The position numbers were made by a program, and so were the translations under genes. DNA of 64,000 bases, from assembly GCF_006345805.1 (NCBI RefSeq), contig NC_043008.1:63054001-63118000 (forward strand), in the 5' to 3' direction. This DNA is from Octopus sinensis (Eukaryota). Shown here one piece after another: positions 25,121 to 37,701 of this stretch; within the stretch, counting starts at the first letter, position 1, and each line of letters begins with the position of its first letter. The notes under the pieces are model-generated. The model was not told the origin of the DNA and made no database searches. It worked only from the letters and a program-made list of their open reading frames with translations.

Positions 25121-25540
25121 TACTCTCTCTTTTTACTCTTTTACTCTTTTACTTGTTTCAGTCATTTGACTGCGGCCATGCTGGAGCACCGCCTTTAGTC
25201 GAGCAAATCGACCCCGGGACTTATTCTTTGTAAGCCCAGTACTTATTCTATTGGTCTCTTTTTTGCCGAACCGCTAAGTGACGGGGACGTAAACACACCA
25301 GCATCGGTTGTCAAGCAATGCTAGGGGGACAAACACAGACACACAAACACACACACACATATATATATACATATATACGACAGGCTTCTTTCAGTTTCCG
25401 TCTACCAAATCCACTCACAAGGCATTGGTCGGCCCGGGGCTATAGCAGAAGACACTTGCCCAAGATGCCACGCAGTGGGACTGAACCCTGAACCATGTGG
25501 TTGGTTAGCAAGCTACTTACCACACAGCCACTCCTGCGCC
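25121..25540 (-). mobile_element. SINE family A, full length and young
   Basis: CpGs largely intact; lies tail-to-tail with 24659-25070. Confidence 0.92.
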
Positions 25541-25660
25541 TCATAGTAAAATATGCAACATGCAGTTATTTGAGGATTCTGGGTGATAATTGAAACAGCT
25601 TGTATAAAACAAAGCAGCAACAAAACAAATAATAATAACAATTCTTTTATTTGACTGTGG

Positions 25661-25956
25661 CCACACGTTGATGGAATGACAGCATCCACACGTTGATGGA
25701 ATGACAGCATCCACACGTTGATGGAATGACAGCATCCACACATTGATGGAATGACAGCATCCACACGTTGATGGAATGACAGCATCCACACGTTGATGGA
25801 ATGACAGCATCCACACGTTGATGAAATGACAGCATCCACACGTTGATGGAATGACAGCATCCACACGTTGATGGAATGACAGCATCCACACGTTGATGGA
25901 ATGACAGCATCCACACGTTGATGGAATGACAGCATCCACACGTTGATGGAATGACA
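25661..25956. repeat. 25-bp minisatellite, ~11.8 copies (ccacacgttgatggaatgacagcat)
   Basis: Units at 25661+25n; single substitutions in units 4 and 7; no spacers. Confidence 0.97.
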
Positions 25957-26254
25957 TAATCAGTTTTTTAAGTTACAATTTTACAACAGGCGAAAAGAAA
26001 AAGACAGAAATAAAAGACAGAAAAAAGAAACAGAAAAAAGATGACAGAAAAAAGGAAAGAAAAAGAGAGAAAGAAGAATATTTAATCAAACAGTTTTGTA
26101 TAAATTTGATGATATTCTCCTGTCATCTTATTCATTCCCCCAGGGCGTGATGTTAATAACCCACAAATATATTTCTCCTCATACATTCTGAGAAGTGAAA
26201 GTGAAGCAGATTCAGAATATTTTTCTGAGAATATGCACTTTCAAGTCTTCTTCT

Positions 26255-26793
26255 AAGGCTAGCAATTTCAGTAGGGGACTAAGTCGATTACATTGACCCC
26301 CATGGCTCAACTGATACTTATTTTATTGATCCAAAAGTATGAAAGGCAGAGATGACCCCAGAGGAACTTGAACTTAGAATGCACAGCTGGATGAAATGCT
26401 GCAAAGCATTTTGACCAGCATGCTAATGATTCTTATTTCTTTACTGTCCACAAGGGGCTAAACATAGAGGGGACAAACAAGGACAGACAAAGGGATTAAG
26501 TCGATTGCATCGACCCCAGTACATAACTGGTACAGCATGCTAATGATTCTTATTTCTTTATTGCTCACAAGGGGCTAAACATAGAGGGGACAAACAAGGA
26601 CAGACAAAGGGATTAAGTCGATTGCATCGACCCCAGTACATAACTGGTACAGCATGCTAATGATTCTTATTTCTTTATTGCTCACAGGGGGCTAAACATA
26701 GAGGGGACAAACAAGGACAGACAAAGGGATCAAGTCGATTGCATCAACCCCAGTACATAACTGGTACAGCATGCTAATGATTCTACCAGCTCA
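26255..26793 (-). mobile_element. SINE B2 host containing three tandem 117-bp copies of a SINE B 3' fragment
   Basis: The 18-mer cagcatgctaatgattct occurs at 26416, 26533, 26650 and 26767; the host resumes at 26785. Confidence 0.9.
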
Positions 26794-27349
26794 CAAATGT
26801 ACTTATTGTACACATTGTTCAGGTACACTATAACCCATTGGAAAAAAGGGAACAGAAGACAAAGAAGGCAGATATAAATCAAATAGAGAAAAATGACAAT
26901 GAAAGTTAAATGTACAAACATCGTACACAGGATAAGCCTCAAGGCAGAAAAATAAATAGTGAAAGAGCCATAGAGAGGATTGGGTACATAGGCATTTCAG
27001 AATTTTTGAAGGTAGCACTGCCCTAAGAGTTAACAACTAATATGGTGGTTTCTTCCATGCTCCGACAGTTCTGATCATGAAATATAAACTTCATGCCTTC
27101 AAAGTTTTAAGTGAAGCATATTGACTTTCGTCTGTGTTTCATGAATATATATATATATAGATATATATATATATATATATAGATATATATATATATATAT
27201 ATGTATATCTGTATATATATAAATGCACACATACACATACATATGTATATACATATATATATGTATATATATGTATATATATGTATATATGTATATACAT
27301 ATATATGTGCATGTGTGTACATATATATGTATGTAAGAATATATATACT

Positions 27350-27738
27350 GGTCTTACTCTTTTACTTGCTTCAGTCATTTGACTGTGGCCATGTTGGAGC
27401 ACCACCTTTAGTCGGACAAATCGACCCAGGACATATTCTTTGTAAGTGTAGTACTTATTCTATCAGTCTCTTTTGCCGAACCACAAAGTTACAGAGATGT
27501 AAACACACCACCATCAGTTGTCAAGCGATGTTGGGGGGGACAAGCACAAACACATATACACACACACATACATATATATATACATATATATATATACGAC
27601 AGGCTTCTTTCAGTTTCCATCTACCAAATTCATTCACAAGGCTTTGGTCGGCCCGAGGCTATAGCAGAAGACACTTGCCCAAGGGGCCTGGAACCATGTG
27701 GTTGGTAAGCAAGCTATTTACCACTCAGCCACTCCTGC
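27350..27738 (-). mobile_element. SINE family A
   Basis: Matches family A with a short head deletion. Confidence 0.88.
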
Positions 27739-28537
27739 ATCTTGTCAAAGATAGTAAACTACTTGATATTTAAGATATATACTTTACTCTATTTTGCCGT
27801 ACCATCTTGAGATCTTCAAAAACATATTCATTACTTAATATTCTATTACATAATTATATTCAAATTATTACCTAGAGACATAATTAAGAATGTTTTTATA
27901 TGTGGTCAAATTTTCTTTTCCTAGTTTTTTTATCACAAATAATTTTAAAATCTTTACTCAAAATTATGTATGTAACTAGATTTTAAACAGTATAATACTC
28001 TCATAAAAATATAAAGAATATGTTGAAATATAAAAAAAAACAACTGATAAAAATATATGACTATACTTTTGTAATTTTTTTTTTTTTAAGTAATCCAATC
28101 TCTAGACTAAAAAACAACATTTAGAAGAATCCTGATTATTTAGCTTCGAGGAAGAAGCATTAAAAACTAATGACAGTATTTTAACATTATTTCGGCAAAA
28201 CATGTAACATCATTTCAACAAAACTACTAATGAGTAGAACATTGCTTTTTAAAAACAAGTAATGATTTTGATTACTAACACAGAGTGAAACAAATTAATT
28301 ATTTATATTTTAAATTTTTTGTTATTAAAACATAATTAGTATTTAAAGGCAATTACGACAGCAGAGAGTAAATAACAGAAATCCAGAGAATAAAATTTAA
28401 CTTTTCACAATGAGAAATCTGAAGTTATCAGATTTTAGTTAACTACTGAACGTTCTAGAGAAACATACTGAAGCAGGTGAAAGTATATTAGGATGTTGAT
28501 TTGCTGTGAAAAGGCATGAATATAAACCTACTAAAGT

Positions 28538-28893
28538 AGGAGAAAACAAGAGTTCTCAGGGAGGGCAAACCTCTGCCAAGGCAACACCAACGTCTTCTCA
28601 ATGATTAGCCACAGAAAATCTTTAAAATGAGAATATCTGAAGTAAACTCAACTGCTCTCACAAACGAGAATACTAAAAATGAACCCAACTGCTCTCAAAA
28701 ATTAAATTAAAAAAAACAGCAAAAGTAATCCAGATCAGTCCCCAAATCTAATCAGCTCATGCCAGTCATGAGGCCAAACATCCCTGAAAGTTTCATCCGA
28801 ATCCATCCAGCGGTTCTTGAGATATCTTGTCCAAAGTCAAACAAACAAGACTGAAAACAATACCTTTGCCTTCGCTAAGGCGGAGGTAATAAA
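28538..28893. mobile_element. Helentron-like non-autonomous element (family E)
   Basis: Subterminal acct(c/t)tgcc near one end and terminal hairpin acct.tgcc-ttcgctaa-ggcggaggt at the other; second copy at 42087-43207. The classification is from structure only. Confidence 0.6.
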
Positions 28894-28904
28894 GACATCA
28901 CCTG

Positions 28905-29245
28905 AAGGCACGTGGCTTAATGGTTATGGTACTTGGCTCATGATAATAAGGTCATGAGTTCAATACCTGGTGATGCACTGTGTCCTTGAGCAAGACACTT
29001 TATTTCAAACTGCTCCAGTCCAATCAGCTGGTAAAACGAATAGTACCTGTATTCCAGAGAACCAGACATTTCACATTCTATGTCACACTGGATCTCTCTA
29101 GGAACTACATTAGGGTACACATGTGCTCAACCACATTAACTTCACATGTTTGTGGAATGATCAACACATTAATTTCATAAGCAGGCTGTTCTATTGTTCA
29201 GATCAAGTGGAACCCTTGTCATCATATCCGACAGAGTGCCAGTTG
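28905..29245 (+). mobile_element. tRNA-derived SINE family F (CORE/V-like central motif)
   Basis: tggcttaatggtta...gagttcaatacc...tgtgtccttgagcaagacacttta. Confidence 0.75.
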
Positions 29246-29264
29246 TCAGAATTCACACTGATTG

Positions 29265-29415
29265 AGCAATGAAGACCAATAGACAGATATGGTGATGAAA
29301 AATCACATTGACAAGACATGTTTACTCATAGATATGTCAATCAGCCTGCCAGATTTCTGTAAAAGTATTTAAAAAGTTAAGCAAATACAAGGACCTTGAA
29401 ATAGAGGTCTCAACT
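29265..29415 (+). mobile_element. R4/Dong-type RLE fragment
   Basis: Reads IHTD...KTCLLIDMS...KLSKYKDLEIEV. Confidence 0.65.
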
Positions 29416-29450
29416 TACTGTACCAGTAATCATTAAGGCTTGGAGGATAA

Positions 29451-29705
29451 ATGGGCCTGGTTTCTCGGTTTCTATGGTGTATGTGTTCCCCCCAGCTGGA
29501 CAGGATGCCAGTCCATCGCAGCATTACTCAAGAAACAGGAAGAAAGAGTGAGAGAAATTTGGGGCGAAAGAGTACAACAGGGGTCGCCACCCACCCCCCT
29601 GCCTGAGCCTTAGGTGTTTTCGCTCAATAAACACACACAACGCCCAGTCAGGGAATTGAAACTGCGATCCTCTGAACGCGAGTCCACTGCCGTAACCACT
29701 GAGCC
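29451..29705 (-). mobile_element. SINE family C variant
   Basis: Complement of the 22654 type; cttggaggataa on both flanks as a TSD. Confidence 0.85.
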
Positions 29706-29724
29706 TTTGAGCCTTGGAGGATAA

Positions 29725-29925
29725 TATTGACTTCAAATTTTGGCACAAGGTTTGCAATTTCAGGGAAGTTGGTAAGTCAATTATATCGACCCCAGGATTA
29801 AACTGGTACTTATTTTATCGAATGTGAAAGAATGAAAGGCAAAGTTGACCCTGGCAGAATTTGAACTCAGAATGTCACTAAGCATTTTGCCTAGCATGCT
29901 AACAATTTTGCCGGCTTACCACCTT
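29725..29925 (-). mobile_element. SINE family B2
   Basis: ggcaaagttgaccctggcagaatttgaactcagaa. Confidence 0.8.
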
Positions 29926-30524
29926 AAGCTTGGAGTATAATATTAAACAGCATTCTTAAACAAGCAATGATTTCAATTACTAACATGCAGTGAAACAAAT
30001 TAATTATTTATATTTTAATTTTTTCTTAAAAACAATTAGCATTTATATGCAATTACTACAGTAAACAGTAAATTACTAAAATCCAGATTTTCTTTAAGAT
30101 GCTAGAATGAAATTTAATTTCTCACTTTGTCAAATTTGAAGGCATCAAATTTTAGCTAAGTACTGAACATTCTATAGGAACAAACTAAAGCAGAGGAAAT
30201 TATATCTGGAAGTTGGTTTGTAGACAAAAGGCAGGAACATTGGAGTCATCGCCATCATATTAACATCTACTTGTCTCTCCTTGCATAGGTTTGAGAGAAA
30301 ATGTTCACACAGATTTTCTATAGCTAGGTGCCTTTGCTGTCACCAGATCTCACTTGTTTCAAGCAAGGTAAAATTTTCCCTTGACTGGACATGATTTCAT
30401 TGCAGATTGGAAATGAACGATACCACTTATATGAAGATGACACTCATTTACAACTATCTTATAACGTGAAAGCAAGGAGGAACAAACACACTCTGCAGAC
30501 ATGCTCACGAATATACATCTAACT

Positions 30525-30533
30525 ATTTGTCTC

Positions 30534-30591
<58 letters not shown>

Positions 30592-30595
30592 CATC
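30525..30595. repeat. (CTAT)n microsatellite
   Basis: Directly visible. Confidence 0.95.
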
Positions 30596-30654
30596 CATCT
30601 TTCTGTCTATCTACTTATCTATCAAGCTAACTATTTGGCAGGCTCTTCTGCTCT

Positions 30655-31800
30655 CATTCACTCTCCACATTCAGTAGCCTTTCATAATGGCATCTCCAAG
30701 CCACTTTCTTTACAGAATCATTAAAAGCAAGTGCACCATCATCCATGTGGACACATTTCTCTCCTGTAACATTACAATTTTCTCTCACACACTGTTTTGC
30801 AATCTGAAATATTTCAGTTCTTTAGTCCTAACATCATTGAACATTGGCACACTTCTTTTCTGCTTCTCCCTTGGCTATATATACCTGTCTCCCAGTCTCC
30901 CTTCTGGCTATCTGGTACAGTTCCTGCTACCCCAACTCTTCCAGGTTTTCCAAGCCAGTTTCTTTGCTCTGATAGCCCTGTCTACTGTATTATTCCACCA
31001 CCACATTACCCTAGGTCTTGAAGAGACTTTGCAGCAGCCACAGATTTGATCTGAGATGCTCAGTAAGCTGTCACATAGGAATTTCCAGTTACCCTCTATG
31101 TCACAAGTCTGTAGATCCTCCTCCCTTTCATCAAATTTCCCAGTGAAGACGTCCCTAAATCTCTGATCATGTGAAGCATTCTTAAGCTTCCAAATCTTTC
31201 TTTTCTGGATTCGTCTGCTTCTTGGTATCCTTCTGGCCTTAAGTATAAAGTCACTAATTACTACTCTGTGCAAAGGGGTACATTCTTCATCAGGGAGGGT
31301 CTTTATATTTAAGAGCAACCATACGTCCCACTGTCTGGTGAGGATGAAATCAATCTGGCTAGTAGAGTCACCTGATTGATAGTTTATCAGGTGGCTAGCT
31401 GGCTTCATGAAGTTGATGTTGCAGATTAATAGTTTTCTTGCATCACAGAACTCCAGTAGCCTAGTTCCCTCTTCGTATTGGGAACCAATTCTATGGCCCC
31501 CATGGAAGATACCAGATTGCCGTCTAACATGCTCATTAAAATCTCCAGCCACAAAGATGAGGTCACTGCCACTCGTCTTTGAGATAGCCTGAAGAAGGAT
31601 ATCATAAAAGTGGTCCTTCTGATCATTTAGTAGGCCCGCTTGTAAGGCACACGCAGAGATAATTGTAGCTATACTGTTCTGCAAGACTAGTCTGAGGTTA
31701 ATAACTCTATTGCACACCCTGTCTACCTCTATTACATTATCCACCCCTTTCTCTGCAAGGAGTATACCTATGCCCCCAACTCTATCACTGTTACCTTCCT
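30655..31800 (-). mobile_element. RTE-clade LINE fragment: AP endonuclease plus linker (ORF 30908-31744, then frameshifted)
   Basis: AGDFNEHV, SQIDFIL, HRVVISDF and WWWNNTVDRAIRAKK are typical of RTE/Bov-B-type APE domains. Confidence 0.93.
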
Positions 31801-32059
31801 AGAAGATTTTATACCTGTATCCATTCTTATATTTATTTATATATATGTATATGCATTTTATATTTTTTGCATTTTTTACTTGTTTCAGTGATCAGACTGC
31901 AATCATGCTAGGGCATCACCTTGAAGAATTTTGATACAACAAATAGACCCCAGGTCATTTTTTTTTTAATCCTGGAATTTTTACACCTTTTTTCCTAAAT
32001 TTTTAAACTTTGTAATAACTAGGAGCAGAGCAAATGTGAGATGGTTGGATAATATGAGA

Positions 32060-32530
32060 ATAATAATAATAATGAAATTACAGTATACAGTGCTTAGGTG
32101 CACCACAACTTGTCAAAAGTGCGTATAAAGCATGTGCAGTAATGTGCAAATGTATGGGAAGTGAACAGTGTATGGGTCAGATACATGCTTGCGTGTGTAT
32201 GGAGGGGAGAAAATCAGGTGTAGTGTTGGTGCATCTCAGGAAGCATGGAAGTTTTGAAGGATGCAGTGCTCCAACAACTAACAACTGATGCTGGCAGTTT
32301 GTTCCATGCTTCAGCAACTCTTAGCATGAAAAAATGTTTCCGAAAGTCATGGGAGTTGTGCTGTTTTCTGACTTTGTAAACATGTCCACGGGTGTTAGAC
32401 AGGTGGAGTTTGAAAAGGTGCTCAGAGTTATTGTTTGTAAGATGGTTAATAATTTTATGGGTGTCTGCCAAGTCAGCTGCCAGACGTCGGAGTTTCAATG
32501 TATCCATGCCCAGGGAAGTAAGGATGAAGC
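32060..32530 (-). mobile_element. CR1-clade LINE 3' end (RT C-terminus plus 3' UTR)
   Basis: Reads LGMDTLKLRRLAADL...NTRGHVYKV...RKHFFMLRVAEAWNKLP. Confidence 0.9.
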
Positions 32531-33124
32531 AAACAAATGAGTTTGAAGCAAATGTATGAAGGTGAAACAAATCAGGAACTAATTAGGACTTCTCTGACTC
32601 CTAAATTTTCTTTCATGATATTCATTTTAGAACCACAAGAGTCACTCCAGGTTTAAACAACAACAGACTTTATTGCCATATCGTATTTCACATAAACCTC
32701 TGCTATGTTTTATATTAAACACACATATCCCCTGCCACCTATATTATACTTAGACTAAGACTATCAAGCACTGAACTCTTCAGTTCACTTCAAAAACCCA
32801 TTGTGGTTAATAACTTGAATACAGCTGCAGGGATACATGTACCTTGGCTGAATTTATAATGCAACTGAACCAGCTAAGTGCAATTAAATGACATGTCTTA
32901 GTGTATCTATACTTTAGAAACACATGTTGCACTGAGATTTAAAGTGAATACAGCATATATAATGCTGTAATAAACAAGTTTTGAGGATGTATAATTCTCC
33001 ATTCTTATTTTTAATGTTTTGTATATATACATATATGTACCTCTCTCTCTCCCTTACTCCCCCCTCCCTCTCTCACTCCCTATCTCTCTCTCTCCATCCC
33101 TCCTGCTCCCTACCTCTCCCCTCA

Positions 33125-33218
33125 TTCCCTCTCTCTCTATATATATATATAGAGAGAGATGTATGTATATATGGATATATATATATAGAGAGAGAGAGAT
33201 GTATGTATGTATATATGG

Positions 33219-33257
<39 letters not shown>

Positions 33258-33345
33258 TGTATGTATGTATATATGGATATATATATATATGTATATATAT
33301 ATGTATGTATATACACACACACATATAAATATATATATATATATA
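33125..33345. repeat. Compound (TA)n(GA)n-tgtatg-ggatat unit, three copies
   Basis: agagagatgtatgtatatatggatat is repeated three times. Confidence 0.85.
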
Positions 33346-33914
33346 ACTTGAACATGGAGAATCTAGATGATAAATGTTAATTTTTCTTTTTTCTTTCTGG
33401 ACTGAAGCTATAGAGATATATATATTATCAGAGCTGTAATTTAACATGCAAGAACCATTTGCAAAGTTCTTGGGAGTTAAGGAAACTTGTTTTTACGTTT
33501 TAAGTCATATAACCAGTTGTATGATATGTATACAAACTTATATATATATATATATAATGTGTGTGTATACATAGAAACACGTGTTTATTTATATATATAT
33601 GTAAAATCTTAGTAAAAGCACAGAAATAATATATAGCAAAGAAGAACAAATGTAGAGGGGAGTAAATAATTACAGCATTTAAAAAATTTCTTTTGTTTTT
33701 GTTTTTGTGTTGTTTATTGATTGTGATATGAACAGCATGAAGCATTGACAAATTGAGATGAATAGCAAGCACATAACTGAGAACGGAATGTAGAAAAAAG
33801 AATGTTATCTATATGGTATCTGCATTGCTTAATCATGCAACGGCAATCTGGGCATCTGTAACAATATCTTTATTCCACTTTCTACTTCAATTTTCTCCCA
33901 CACACTTTGTATTT

Positions 33915-33933
33915 CTCTCTCTCTCTCTCTCTT

Positions 33934-34000
<67 letters not shown>

Positions 34001-34001
34001 C

Positions 34002-34086
<85 letters not shown>
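33915..34086. repeat. Long (TA)n microsatellite
   Basis: Directly visible. Confidence 0.95.
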
Positions 34087-34089
<3 letters not shown>

Positions 34090-34168
34090 GAATATGCAGC
34101 CTTCAAAACATATGTCAAGAATAAAGGAATTTTGTTAAATCGTCGTTCAACTCCATTCTTTCATTTAT

Positions 34169-34189
34169 ATATATATATATATATGTAGG

Positions 34190-34244
<55 letters not shown>

Positions 34245-34268
34245 AATCCTACATATATATATATATAT
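34169..34268. repeat. ~100-bp AT-rich palindrome
   Basis: atgtaggattta and its reverse complement taaatcctacat flank a (TA)n centre. Confidence 0.9.
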
Positions 34269-34899
34269 CTGTATGATTTATGGAAGATCAACATAAAGTT
34301 TCTTCATACACCTTGTACTAAACGTCTGTGGACACACTTTTGTTTTATACAGTGAACATGTTAACAATACCATTTTTGTATGTGTACACACATGCAAATA
34401 CACAAACACACACATACATGCACACACACACACACACACATACACACAGACACATACACACAGCAACATTACCATTTTCACAGCCTACCCAGTTTCAATG
34501 ACCACATCAATAAAATTAGTTGTTTTGCTTGTCTCTTCAGAAAAATAACAAGCATTTCATAATTCTCTTCCCTGATACCTTGTGAAATCTTTATTCATGC
34601 CTTCATTACTTTAATTAGATTTATATTGATATCTATTGCTCAAAGACCAATGGATCATCTATATGTTCAGAATGCTATAGTTCAACTTTAAAAAATATTT
34701 CTAGTTGTAAGAATTTGTAACACAATTCTCCATTTTCCAAACTTTCAATATTTTGACTGGAAATTTTCCAACCATGTTATTGGTTCTTTTAAATAAAATA
34801 TCTTTATCTCAGTTGAGAAAGTCAAATTCTTCAACTAGAACCTACAGCAATTATAAATTTTGGTTTCCTTCTCCCTTTCCTCCACCTTTCTCACAAAAC

Positions 34900-35530
34900 A
34901 TCGTGGGCACTCCTCTGCATCACAAAACTCTTGTCAGTCCGAGTCTATAGCAGAAGACACACAAGATGCCATGCAGTGAGACTGAACCCTGACCTACGTA
35001 GTTGGAAAGCAAGCTTCTTATTTCTTTATTGCCCACTAGGGGGTAAATGCAGAGGGGACAAACAAGGACAGACAAAGGGATTAAGTCGATTACATTGATT
35101 CCAGTGCATAACTCGTACTTAATTTATCACCCCTGAAAGGATGAAAGGCAAAGTCGACCTCAGCGGAATTTGAACTCAGAATGTAACAACAGATGAAATA
35201 CCGCTAAGCATTTTGCCCGGTGTGCTAACGTCTCTGCCAGCTCACAGCCTTATTGTGTGGCAAGCTTCTTATTTCTTTACTACCTACAAGGGGCTACACA
35301 CTGAGGGAACAAACAAGGTCAGACAAACAGATTAAGTCAATTATATCACCCTAGTGTGTAACTGGTACTTATTTAATCGACCCCCGAAAGGACGAAAGGC
35401 AAAGTTAAGCTTGGCAGAATTTGAACTCAGAATGTAGCGGCAGATGAAATACCACTAAGAATTTCACCCAGCATGCTAACGTTTCTGCCAGCTCGCCTGT
35501 GTGGCAAGCTTCTTGCCACACAGCCTTGCC
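34900..35530 (-). mobile_element. SINE A head containing two nested SINE B copies (35019-35252 and 35270-35497)
   Basis: Both inserts follow gcaagcttct; 16-bp direct repeat tgtgtggcaagcttct at 35254 and 35498. Confidence 0.88.
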
Positions 35531-35929
35531 TGTGCCTATATATTTATATAAAATACAAAAAACTGAGATAATTGCATAACCTCAGCAAAGTATGAATTAT
35601 GCCTACTCAGTAACATTATATGTGCATATGCATTACACACTACACTATGTTTATAGATGCACATGTTTCATGCACTGCAATAATTCTTATGCTTTACATA
35701 TGATACATACCATTTCTCAATTGCAAGGACAAATTTTCTGATATGTGAAGTCAAAGATTTGATACAGTGAAACAGAATGATTGTTGCTTGTTAGTCATAT
35801 GTGAGCATGTGTGTATGTATGTGTATTTGAGAGTGTGTGTGTGAGAGAGAGAGAGAGAAATAAATAATATATAGACACACAATTATGTTTTTGTGCATGC
35901 GTGCACAGACATAAATTCATATCCTTCTT

Positions 35930-35974
<45 letters not shown>

Positions 35975-36040
35975 CATATAACTAAGTGGAGTTGTAAGGT
36001 ATACATATATATATATACATACATATATATACACACACAC

Positions 36041-36109
<69 letters not shown>

Positions 36110-36344
36110 CATGATTTTATGTATATAGAATCATAGAATAAATGATTTTTATAGGATTCAATTTATGGAAATAAATAATCAATATTCGAACAATTATCTA
36201 AACTGATTTGAAATGAAATGACAAAAATGGAAAAGATAAAAAAAAAGATCATATACGAAATGTATAAATGCAACCCTTGTATTCACAATAGCAAGATGAT
36301 GCAGTGAAAGAAAGGAAATTATCATCTCTAAAAGAGTGAAGCTA

Positions 36345-36655
36345 TTTGGTGGGGTGAAGCTGTTTGATAAGAGGATGGGTGAGGATTTGATAGGAATGCT
36401 GGGGTAGGAGAAATTGGTGGAACGGTTGGCAAGGGCGAATGGAGTGAGGTGGTATGGGCATGTGTTGAAGAGGGATGAAGAGCATGTTCTGAGGAGGGTG
36501 ATGTGTTAGAGGTAAATGGAACATGAAGGCATGGTAGACTGGGGAAAAGGTGGATGGGACAAGTGGAGGAGGAGATTGGGAAGGTTGGTGTAAAAAAAAC
36601 CAGGCAAGATGGTGATATGGTGTGAGGGCCATTGCTATGGCATTGAGGTTAACAG
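36345..36655 (+). mobile_element. RTE-clade LINE, RT C-terminal fragment
   Basis: Reads ARANGVRWYGHVLKRDEEHVLRRV...G..KRWMGQVEEE. Confidence 0.85.
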
Positions 36656-36785
36656 GAACAAAACCAAGATTTAAAACATTGCATGACGATGGTGGTGATG
36701 ATGATGATGATGAAAAGAGAATATCAAATTCAAATGTAGAAAGAAGAAAGAGAACCAGCAGTGGGATCATTTATATATATGTTAA

Positions 36786-37017
36786 CCCTTCCATTACCAA
36801 CCCAGCTGAAACCGGCTCTGGCTCTGGCTCTGACTTTGAGTACAAATGTCTTGTTTTTATAAGTTTTGAATTAAAATCTTCCACCAAACCTTAGTCACAA
36901 TTTATGTTCCTAACACTAGCTGAATGATAACAAAGTTATTTTACTACATTCTTTGTTATATTAAAAGTAACTGAAAGAAACTCAGAGCATCTCAAAATAA
37001 ATACAGTAACGAAAAGG
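36786..37017. mobile_element. piggyBac-type MITE
   Basis: TTAA-cccttccattac ... gtaacgaaaagg-TTAA: imperfect TIRs with a TTAA target duplication. Confidence 0.75.
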
Positions 37018-37092
37018 TTAAAACCTCATTGAGTATACAAGTTGTCAAGAAACATTTATTTTTAGATGAAAGTTAAATGGAAAGAATATAAT

Positions 37093-37410
37093 TGTGGCTG
37101 TGTGGTAAGAAGCTTGCTTACCAACCACATGGTTCTGGGTTCAGTCCCACTGTGTGGCATCTTGGGCAAGTGTTTTCTACTATAGCCTCGGGCTGGCCAA
37201 AGCCATGAGTGGATATAGTAGCTGGAAACTGAAACATATATACATGTTTGTGTGTCTGTGTTTGTCCCACCCCCACCATTGCTTCACAACCGACGTTGGT
37301 GTGTTTATGTCCCCTAGGCTTACAAAGAATAATTCCTGGGTCGATTTGCTCGACTAAAAGGTGGTACACCAGCATAGCCGCAGTCAAATGACTGAAACAA
37401 ATAAAAGAAT
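37093..37410 (+). mobile_element. SINE family A with internal deletions
   Basis: Head and tail match family A; a minus-strand head half follows at 37470-37608. Confidence 0.85.
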
Positions 37411-37420
37411 AACGGAATAT

Positions 37421-37464
<44 letters not shown>

Positions 37465-37607
37465 GTATATTTGGCAGGCTTCTTTCAGTTTCTGCCTACC
37501 ACATCTACTCACAAGGCTTTGATCAACCCAAGTCTATAGTAGAAGACACTTGAGAACCTGGATCCATGTGGTTAAGAAGCAGACTTCTTACCACACAGCC
37601 AAGCCTG

Positions 37608-37699
<92 letters not shown>

Positions 37700-37701
<2 letters not shown>

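Noticed and set aside
25513-25957. Repetitive ORFs or a CRISPR-like array
   Set aside because: Contiguous 25-bp units with no spacers in eukaryotic DNA. The ORFs arise because the unit has no stop codon on the minus strand.
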